From NCBI GenBank assembly GCA_018304385.1, contig JAGVWJ010000032.1, positions 725 to 21,127 of the forward strand: a DNA stretch of 20,403 nt. The letters are read 5' to 3'. Position numbers and translations under genes: made by a program. Below the pieces are notes generated by a model. That model saw only the letters and a program-made list of their open reading frames with translations, had not been told where the DNA came from and ran no database searches. Shown here one piece after another: positions 9,029 through 15,379 of this stretch (position 1 is the stretch's first letter; each line of letters begins with the position of its first letter). This DNA comes from Candidatus Micrarchaeota archaeon (GTDB taxonomy: Archaea > Micrarchaeota > Micrarchaeia > Anstonellales > Bilamarchaeaceae).

Positions 9029-9053
9029 GCCATGGGCATTGAGCCTTGAGCAA
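9029..9053 (+). repeat. Dispersed 25-bp intergenic repeat (copy 1)
   Basis: gccatgggcattgagccttgagcaa matches the reverse complement of 19227-19251 at 24/25 positions. Confidence 0.85.
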
Positions 9054-9062
9054 GATTTACTT

Positions 9063-9368
9063 TTATCTTGGCCTGGCAACCCAGTCTAAATATTTTCTTA
9101 GTCCACCATCCACTTTCAAGCGAACTATTTCAGGCAGTTTGTAAGGATGATTTTTCTTTATTGTTCTTTCTAACTTATTATACTTTTCAGCAGTGGATTT
9201 TATTATAAGCAAAAACTCTTTATTTTCTACAATGTTTCCTTTCCACCTAAAAATAGACTTTTCTATTTTAATTATATTTACGCAAGCAGCTAGCTTTTTC
9301 TCAACTAGCAATTTGGCTAACTTTTCGCCATCGCTTTGCTTTGGGACGGTTGTTAGAATAATTATCAT
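9063..9368 (-). CDS. cutA: Divalent-cation tolerance protein CutA
   Basis: LVEKKLAACVNI, FRWKG, HPYKLPEIV and YLDW motifs. Start moved to MIIILTT (9368), which has a GAGGT RBS upstream. Confidence 0.93.
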   Translation of the reverse strand: MIIILTTVPKQSDGEKLAKLLVEKKLAACVNIIKIEKSIFRWKGNIVENKEFLLIIKSTAEKYNKLERTIKKNHPYKLPEIVRLKVDGGLRKYLDWVARPR

Positions 9369-9419
9369 AGTTACCTCACATATTAACAATTTATAAATTT
9401 TCCGAAAGTAAGCATATCA

Positions 9420-10421
9420 ATGCATGGTAATAAAAAGAATTTACATGTTCACCTATTTATAGTTGGGGTTGTGGCAGTATTACTTATATTACTAATTAGT
9501 ACCTTGCAGGCAAAAAACAATAATTTCGCGTCATTAATCTCAAAAAGAGAAGGCTGTATTAAGTCTTTGGAACGATCTTGTTACCAGAGAACCACACCTG
9601 CTGGAAACATTCTATTAGACAGCAAGGGGGGCGAAAGGGCGTATAGACAGTGTTTTCTTTCCCATAAAATACCAGGTACAGTGGAGTACGATGTCCACTA
9701 CGGTGAAGCAGATACAGAGTATTGCACTGATTTTGGAGATGACTATATAGAGGTATTCCAATATTGTATCGAAGGCAAGGACCAGTATATTAGCGAATTC
9801 TTCGGACAGTGCAGAAGAAAACCCTTAGGCAACGTTGGTGATAGCTGTTCATCTGTTCTTGATTGCCATGTTGAGTATTTCTGTAACTCAGCTACTGGTC
9901 TCTGCGATGATCCAGGCAAATATCCTGATGGCATCTCAGACTATGTGACGAGCAGTCCATGCGAATCAAAGAATGATTGCAAAACTGGACAGTCTTGCGA
10001 TGCGCAAGGATTCTGTGTATGGAACAGCTGCAAAAGCGATAGCGATTGTTCAGCACGTGGACTTACTAACTATTACTGTGATGTCAGTCGTGGCCAGTGC
10101 ATAATGAAAAATACGACTGGAGAATTAGGCAGCATCGGTGATAAATGTACAACTGCCTTTGAGTGTCAGCCAGAGTATTTCTGTAATCTAGCTGCAGGAT
10201 TTTGCGATGATCCAAACAAATATGGCTATGGCACTGGAGGTTTTGGAAACAGCACAGCATGCAGATCAAATGGAGACTGTAGAAGCACAGAATATTGCGA
10301 ACTGCCAGCAGGATTTTGTGCAAGGGGCGGCTGCAGAAGTGATAGCGATTGCATAGCACAAGGACTTACAGATAATTATTGTGATCTTAGTCAATGGCGT
10401 TGTGCTCCGAAAACAACCTAG
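9420..10421 (+). CDS. Membrane-anchored or secreted Cys-rich protein with a ~100-aa tandem duplication
   Basis: N-terminal TM/signal without lipobox. Two copies of GDxC...CxxEYFCNxAxGxCDDPxKY...CxSxxDC...C...C...CxSDSDCxAxGLTxxYCDxSxxxC. Confidence 0.8.
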   Translation: MHGNKKNLHVHLFIVGVVAVLLILLISTLQAKNNNFASLISKREGCIKSLERSCYQRTTPAGNILLDSKGGERAYRQCFLSHKIPGTVEYDVHYGEADTEYCTDFGDDYIEVFQYCIEGKDQYISEFFGQCRRKPLGNVGDSCSSVLDCHVEYFCNSATGLCDDPGKYPDGISDYVTSSPCESKNDCKTGQSCDAQGFCVWNSCKSDSDCSARGLTNYYCDVSRGQCIMKNTTGELGSIGDKCTTAFECQPEYFCNLAAGFCDDPNKYGYGTGGFGNSTACRSNGDCRSTEYCELPAGFCARGGCRSDSDCIAQGLTDNYCDLSQWRCAPKTT

Positions 10422-10430
10422 AATCTGAAC

Positions 10431-10478
10431 GAAAGGCTTAAATACTATTTCTAGTATAAATACTATTTGGTGATAGTA
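10431..10478 (+). promoter_or_regulatory. BRE-TATA promoter with duplicated operator-like repeats and GGTGA RBS for the TA operon
   Basis: GAAAGG-CTTAAATA; TAAATACTATTT at 10439-10450 and 10457-10468; TACTA...TAGTA dyads; GGTGAT just before the ATG at 10478. Confidence 0.6.
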
Positions 10479-10741
10479 TGAAATTTGGAGGAACTGGAGT
10501 AGTAACTAGGCAAGGACAGGTAACTTTACCTAAAAATGCGAGAGACGAAGGCGAATTTGAAGTTGGCAGTGTTATTGAATTTTTCTACAGTGAGGATATA
10601 GTTCTAATAAAAAAGAAAAAAGAACCAATAGAAGTCTTTAAGGAGATATCTAAAAAAGCTACAGAACGATTCAAAAAACATGGTATAACTGAAAAGGTTA
10701 TTCAAAAGGAGATCGAAAACTATAGAAGAGGCAAAAAATGA
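10478..10741 (+). CDS. AbrB/MazE/SpoVT-family antitoxin (VapB-like)
   Basis: VTRQGQVTLPKNAR...GSVIEF swapped-hairpin signature; 4-nt ATGA overlap with the PIN gene. Confidence 0.9.
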   Translation: MKFGGTGVVTRQGQVTLPKNARDEGEFEVGSVIEFFYSEDIVLIKKKKEPIEVFKEISKKATERFKKHGITEKVIQKEIENYRRGKK

Positions 10742-11136
10742 AAATAGTTGTAGATACAAACATACTAATTTCAGCATTCAACTGGGAAGGTAACCCACAT
10801 AGAATAATCGAAAGAGCACTTCAGAGAAAGATTAATCTAGTAATATCTCCTCAAATATTGGAAGAATTCAAAGTAGTTGCACTACGGCCTGTTTTCGAAT
10901 TTTCAGAAGAAGAAATAGATAAGTTTATAGAGTCAATTCTTGAAGTTTGTGAAATGACCATACCTATAGAAAAATTAGACGTAATAAAAGATGACCCTTC
11001 TGATAATAAAATATTAGAATGCGCTCTTGAAGCAAAAGCAGGTTTTATAATAAGCGGAGATCGACACTTACTAAAGTTGAAAGAATTCAAAGGAATAAAA
11101 ATTCTAACCGCGAAACAATTTTTAGATATCTTATAA
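10738..11136 (+). CDS. PIN-domain toxin (VapC-like)
   Basis: MKIVVDTNILIS, ILEEF, DDPSDNKILECAL and IISGDRHLL acidic PIN motifs. Confidence 0.93.
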   Translation: MKIVVDTNILISAFNWEGNPHRIIERALQRKINLVISPQILEEFKVVALRPVFEFSEEEIDKFIESILEVCEMTIPIEKLDVIKDDPSDNKILECALEAKAGFIISGDRHLLKLKEFKGIKILTAKQFLDIL

Positions 11137-11622
11137 TTTTTTTCTCATCTCAATATGATAATCAAAGAACCCCCATTTCTTATAGATCAAGTGTGCTTTT
11201 ACATTTTTGGAATGAACCGCAATTGATACATATTTCATTCCTTTTTTCCTGAACCATTTGAACGCTAGTTCTTTGAATTTGGTTGCAATTCCTTTATTGC
11301 GATAACCGCGTTTAATATAAAGATCACCAACGTATCCTGTTTTCTTTACTAGGTAGACTTTGGTATTCTCTTTTATAAAATTTAATGAATAACCTACCGT
11401 CTTGCCATTGAAACTAGCCACTAATACGTAACCATTTGGTGACGTTATATTTTTGGTTACCCATTTTTTCCATAATATGCGTATATTAGGAACTAATTCT
11501 AGTAGCTCGTAGCGCACTTTATCTTTTTTATTTAGATTGCGGTTATGCGCCATAAGTTCTAATGCTAATAAAAATAGCAAACTGGCATCTTTCAGAGTAG
11601 CCTTTCTAATTAAAATTCCCAC
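11131..11622 (-). CDS. GNAT-family N-acetyltransferase
   Basis: IRKAT start region; VGDLYIKRGYRNKGIA acetyl-CoA motif; NVKAHLIYKKWGF. GTG at 11622, 1 nt after the upstream stop, is preferred to the 11646 start in the track. Confidence 0.88.
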   Translation of the reverse strand: MGILIRKATLKDASLLFLLALELMAHNRNLNKKDKVRYELLELVPNIRILWKKWVTKNITSPNGYVLVASFNGKTVGYSLNFIKENTKVYLVKKTGYVGDLYIKRGYRNKGIATKFKELAFKWFRKKGMKYVSIAVHSKNVKAHLIYKKWGFFDYHIEMRKKL

Positions 11623-11623
11623 C

Positions 11624-12811
11624 TTATCGCCCAAACATAAACTCAATTACATCCCTATGCTTCAAAGGATGATCAGCACCATGTGTCATACCTGTGTGTG
11701 CATCTACTGCTTTAATGAATTTCTTAGCAAATTCTGTATGGATTGCTGCTGCGAAATCAATTGCGGTGCTATTTGGAGGAAGAAGCCACACATCTGGAAG
11801 AATATTTCCATCCTTATCAGCAAGTTTATTCCGTCCGCCAGCAAAAACTGCAAAATAATGCAAGAAATCAAATACAGAAGCATTAAGTAATTTCTGCACA
11901 CCTGATGAACCAAATTTTTTAAGCAAACCAGTAAGCAAATCCATTGCCTTTTTCTGCGGTTCGTTCAGTTCTTTGATAATTTTAAATTCTACATCTCCTG
12001 GGATATAATCAATAAAACCATTTTTTGCTGCACCTTTAAGTGCGATCTCAGCTTCTGCGGAGCAAGGAACAATTAAATATTGCGGAAATTGTTTCTTCAG
12101 TTTTTCATAATTTTCCATTCCGTTAGATAAATCACATTTGTTCGCAGCGATTACTATTTGTTTACCTATTTCTCGAATTAATCTTGCAAACTTAAATTTC
12201 TCTTCTTCAGTCCATTCTGATATTTTCTTCTCTTCTAGACCAAGCTGTTTTAATGTTTTTTGAATTGCGCCACGCTTTAAGCCCAAACCAGAAAGCTGAC
12301 CAACTAATAAATCCTCATTCTTTTTATTTAGCGCACTTTCTCTAGCTAGTTTTTGCCAATTTGCATCAAGTATTCCTTCAATCCAGTAATTAAGTTCTTC
12401 TTCCAGAAATTTGATATCGTTTGCAGGATCATAACTGCCAGTTGCTACTGCTTCACCAACTTCGTTTGTTGAGCCAGAAACATCAACTATATGGATAAGT
12501 ACATCTGCTTGTCTTAAATCATCCAGAAATTTATTACCTAATCCTTTTCCTTCATGCGCACCTGGTACGAGACCGGCAACATCAAGAATTTCTACTGGTG
12601 CGAATCTACGCGAGTTTATACAAAAACCAGTTCGTGGGTTACATTGTACTCCAAAATCTTTATCAACACATTCAACTTCTACATAAGCAACGCCGCGATT
12701 CGGCTTAATAGTTGTAAACGGACGCGCTGATCGCTCTACCGGAATGCTCGTAAGAGCCTGGAAAAATGTTGATTTGCCAGTCGAGGGCTTACCCACCACA
12801 CCTATAAGCAT
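11624..12811 (-). CDS. ychF: OBG-family YchF/Ygr210-like translation-associated GTPase with TGS domain
   Basis: GKPSTGKS (G1), PFTTI (G2), DVAG (G3), NKCD (G4) and a C-terminal TGS (TAIDFAAAIH). Confidence 0.88.
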   Translation of the reverse strand: MLIGVVGKPSTGKSTFFQALTSIPVERSARPFTTIKPNRGVAYVEVECVDKDFGVQCNPRTGFCINSRRFAPVEILDVAGLVPGAHEGKGLGNKFLDDLRQADVLIHIVDVSGSTNEVGEAVATGSYDPANDIKFLEEELNYWIEGILDANWQKLARESALNKKNEDLLVGQLSGLGLKRGAIQKTLKQLGLEEKKISEWTEEEKFKFARLIREIGKQIVIAANKCDLSNGMENYEKLKKQFPQYLIVPCSAEAEIALKGAAKNGFIDYIPGDVEFKIIKELNEPQKKAMDLLTGLLKKFGSSGVQKLLNASVFDFLHYFAVFAGGRNKLADKDGNILPDVWLLPPNSTAIDFAAAIHTEFAKKFIKAVDAHTGMTHGADHPLKHRDVIEFMFGR

Positions 12812-12859
12812 ATTTTCACTTCAAAATCGAGACTCAGAACTGAAAACAGAAAACTGAAT

Positions 12860-13024
12860 TGGGCCCACGAGGAATTGAACCTCGTGTCTTTCGCGTGTAT
12901 CGCCCATGCCTCATCGCAAAATATACGGTGCTGCATGAAAGGCGAACGTCTTACCGTTTCCGCAACTTTTGAAGGAGCGGTTTTTGGCCGCTTTTTCCTA
13001 AAAAGTGGAATCGACTATAGGCCC
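12860..13024 (-). tRNA. tRNA-Val(TAC) with two non-canonical introns (D-loop ~15/16, ~52-53 nt; anticodon 34/35, 40 nt)
   Basis: Acceptor GGGCCUA/UGGGCCC-A73, T-arm CGAGG-UUCAAUU-CCUCG and anticodon stem UUCGC/GCGAA. Removing 12938-12899 gives the 7-nt loop CU-UAC-AC. Removing ~13009-12957 restores the D-arm GUCG-AU-C-GG-UA-AGAC. Mature length ~72 nt; no encoded CCA. Confidence 0.85.
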
Positions 13025-13081
13025 TGAATATTAGAGAAAAATATAATTGAATAAAAGATATTAAAAACCAGATTATAAAGA

Positions 13082-13630
13082 CTACATTGGTCTAAAAGGT
13101 GGCTTAGTAAATAAGTAGTATTTCTCATTACCTTCGAGTTCGCTTACTATCCTGTGAGTAAATATTCCTAAGGGATCTGGCATTGTTGATACACGCTGCT
13201 TAAGATCAGCAAAACTTTCAAATGGTTTTTTCTCCCGCTCACTAAGTATTGCTTCCATATTTTTTTTGCCAACGCCTGGCAATAAATCCAATGTGTGTAC
13301 GCGAATAGAAATGGGTTTAGAATTATTAATAAAAGTAACGAAATCTTTCTCGCGCTCTTCTATTATCTTTTTTAAAACGCTGGATAAGGATTCTTTTGCC
13401 GAGTTAGTTAAATCAGAGAATTTTATTCTGCCTTTTATTCTCTCAACTTCAGTTCTACCTTCTTTACCAACATAAACCTTTTGACCAATAACTATGTTGG
13501 CTGCAGCCCTAACAGTTGCTTCTAAAAGTGTGAAGAACTTCTCGCCTACTAATTGCACTATTGGCTCGCGACGTAGTTGAGCAGCATGACCTGAAGGTAA
13601 ATACTCTATAACGAACGCATGATCTTCCAT
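13082..13630 (-). CDS. DUF655-family putative RNA-binding protein (HhH)
   Basis: VQLVGEKFFTLLE, RVHTLDLLPGVGKK, FESFADL and KYYLF. Sits in the known archaeal rpl21e-rpoF-DUF655 order. Start moved to MEDHAF. Confidence 0.88.
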   Translation of the reverse strand: MEDHAFVIEYLPSGHAAQLRREPIVQLVGEKFFTLLEATVRAAANIVIGQKVYVGKEGRTEVERIKGRIKFSDLTNSAKESLSSVLKKIIEEREKDFVTFINNSKPISIRVHTLDLLPGVGKKNMEAILSEREKKPFESFADLKQRVSTMPDPLGIFTHRIVSELEGNEKYYLFTKPPFRPM

Positions 13631-13650
13631 ATATATCACTACACTTAGAA

Positions 13651-13720
13651 CTCGGCCCACCGATCGAGAACTTCGAAGAAGTTCGAGAGATTTGCCCGTA
13701 GGGCAAACTGATCCGCCGAG
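13651..13720. other. Y-shaped (three-way) intergenic palindromic element
   Basis: Outer stems CTCGGC/GCCGAG and GATC/GATC enclose two 7-bp hairpins, GAACTTC-gaa-GAAGTTC and TTTGCCC-gta-GGGCAAA. Confidence 0.75.
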
Positions 13721-13731
13721 CGTTCCAATCT

Positions 13732-14052
13732 TTATTGTAATAACTTAAATATTTCATTAACTTCCTCTTCATTAAGCTCTATCTTATCCTTTAAAACTAT
13801 TGCTTTTAAAGTATCTGACTTTTTAGGCATGATATCCACTATCTTAGTTGCAAGTTCATGATTTATCTTACTATTCTGTTTAGTAATATCATGAACAAGC
13901 TTTTGTGCTTTCTTTGCCTCAGATTTATTTAATTTTTCACAATAATCAAAGGCCTCGGATTGTTCATAACCTAAGTCTCCATCTTTCTTTCTTTTCAGAA
14001 GTGTTTCATGAACTTCTGATACACTTAATGCAGTTGACGATTTTATTTCCAT
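13732..14052 (-). CDS. rpoF: DNA-directed RNA polymerase subunit Rpo4 (RpoF)
   Basis: LGYEQSEAFDY and LATKIVDIMPK motifs; synteny with rpl21e and DUF655. Confidence 0.9.
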   Translation of the reverse strand: MEIKSSTALSVSEVHETLLKRKKDGDLGYEQSEAFDYCEKLNKSEAKKAQKLVHDITKQNSKINHELATKIVDIMPKKSDTLKAIVLKDKIELNEEEVNEIFKLLQ

Positions 14053-14061
14053 AAAAACACC

Positions 14062-14340
14062 TTAGCTTGCTAATTTTAAATGAATAGGATGAGAGATCAG
14101 TTGTTTTTTCTTGTTGCCATCCTGAATCTCTACAACATAGCTATCTCCCAGCTTTTTTATGATAGTCCCATATCTATTTGAATATCTCAAGGCAGGTAAA
14201 CCTATGTTATAGGCGCGCTGCGAGATCGTTACCTTTGCGCCAACCTCAAATGTCCTTACAAAATCTGAAACTGTTGCATTATGCTTACCAGATAAACGCT
14301 TTGTCCTTCGAGACAGCATTCCACGTGAACGTTTAACCAT
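14062..14340 (-). CDS. rpl21e: 50S ribosomal protein L21e
   Basis: MVKRSRG..., FEVGAKVTI, RYSNRYGTI, KKKQLISHPIHLK; GGTGAT RBS. Confidence 0.93.
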   Translation of the reverse strand: MVKRSRGMLSRRTKRLSGKHNATVSDFVRTFEVGAKVTISQRAYNIGLPALRYSNRYGTIIKKLGDSYVVEIQDGNKKKQLISHPIHLKLAS

Positions 14341-14555
14341 ACAAAATCACCAAATTCGAGAAACTATAATTTCATTTTTAAACCTTACTGTTTTTAAATA
14401 ATTGCTTTGTTTATAAATACTAACATCTGCTATGAGCAGTGGACAATGAACTGTGAGCCTTTGTTTTTATATTTATAAGAGAACACTTCATAAGAAATAT
14501 ATTAAACTGCTGACGAAGCAGAAGAAATATAGGAGACGGCGTCATTAAAGACGCG

Positions 14556-14736
14556 ATTTATCGGCGTACCGATAAATGCGCAATTAACAACAGAAAAAGT
14601 TGTTAATGCGCATTATTTTCCGCAGAAAATAATTGCGCCCATTGTTCGATGCGTCGAACAATCGAGAACCGTAAGAATACGACATGATTGTTGCGTTGCG
14701 CAACAATATGCGCATTGTCGCGAACGACAATTGCGC
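14556..14736. repeat. Array of six ATT...AAT-bounded perfect hairpins with GCGC linkers (candidate structured ncRNA or leader, or DNA cruciform array)
   Basis: Stems at 14556-14577, 14583-14607, 14612-14633, 14641-14662 and 14687-14707 (all 9 bp) and 14714-14731 (7 bp), each checked as an exact reverse complement. Confidence 0.9.
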
Positions 14737-14773
14737 GACTTTATAAGAATGAGAAAAAAGAAGGAGAATATAG

Positions 14774-15334
14774 ATGACAAAAAAACCCGTATTTGTAATA
14801 ACAAACATGGTAGCATCCGCTGAATTAGGTTTAGAGTTAGATCTATTTTCACTGGCAACGAAAATAAAGGAGATAGAGTATGAGCCTGAGCAGTTTCCTG
14901 GTGCAATACTAAAATTCAAAGACCCTAAGGCTAGCTTGCTATTGTTTAAGAATGGAAAAGTCGTTTGCGTAGGTTGCAAAAAAAGAAACTTAATAGAAAA
15001 AACAATTGAAAGAACAATAAAAATGCTAATGCCGTATGCAAAACGCATTACAACAAGGAAAAAACCGAAAATAGACATAACTAATATAGTTGCAAGTGCA
15101 AGCTTGGATATGCAACTAGATTTATATCGCATAGCATATAAGCTCAAGGATGTTGAATATGAGCCTGAGCAGTTTCCTGGTGCAATACTAAAATTCAAAG
15201 ACCCTAAGGCTAGCTTGCTATTGTTTAAAAATGGAAAGGTAATATGTGCTGGTGCCAAAAACGAAAAGGAAATACGTATTGTATTGGATAAAGCGCAGCG
15301 CTTGCTAAAGCCTTATGCGGAAAAAGCGCACTAG
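14774..15334 (+). CDS. tbp: TATA-box binding protein
   Basis: Two TBP repeats (ITNxVAS...YEPEQFPGAILK...LLFKNGKV.C.G); AAGGAG RBS upstream. Confidence 0.97.
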   Translation: MTKKPVFVITNMVASAELGLELDLFSLATKIKEIEYEPEQFPGAILKFKDPKASLLLFKNGKVVCVGCKKRNLIEKTIERTIKMLMPYAKRITTRKKPKIDITNIVASASLDMQLDLYRIAYKLKDVEYEPEQFPGAILKFKDPKASLLLFKNGKVICAGAKNEKEIRIVLDKAQRLLKPYAEKAH

Positions 15335-15379
15335 GCCCGAAGACATAATTAAATAATACTTACTGCATACTAATTTTAT

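Noticed and set aside
11131-11622. GNAT as a third TA component or an AtaT/TacT-like toxin
   Set aside because: It is convergent to the PIN gene and coupled to ychF on the other strand, with no adjacent RHH antitoxin.
12835-12858. Short CAGAA(AA)CTGAA direct repeat
   Set aside because: Only two imperfect copies; adequately explained as a U-rich tract downstream of the tRNA.
12860-13024. tRNA-Glu(TTC) with a canonical 37/38 intron
   Set aside because: The required C32-U35 helix with the intron end cannot form. The 34/35 model gives a BHB-like motif, a 7-nt loop and a Val-type GGGCC acceptor with A73.
14556-14736. CRISPR or TIGR-type guide array
   Set aside because: No identical repeats of 20 nt or more; the variable parts are self-complementary rather than spacer-like; no cas or Nop-domain gene in the window.
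14556-14736. SRP RNA or RNase P RNA
   Set aside because: No SRP helix-8 or RNase P P4 consensus motifs were seen, and tandem local hairpins do not fit either fold.
14533-14823. Stop-free plus-strand frame across the hairpin array
   Set aside because: No ATG until 14749, it overlaps tbp out of frame, and the translation shows no recognisable features.
14879-15228. Diversity-generating retroelement TR/VR pair
   Set aside because: The copies are the two structural repeats of TBP and are identical rather than A-mutated; no reverse transcriptase in the window.
14584-15258. 224-aa minus-strand ORF with an internal repeat
   Set aside because: Antisense shadow of tbp; its repeat mirrors the tbp duplication.
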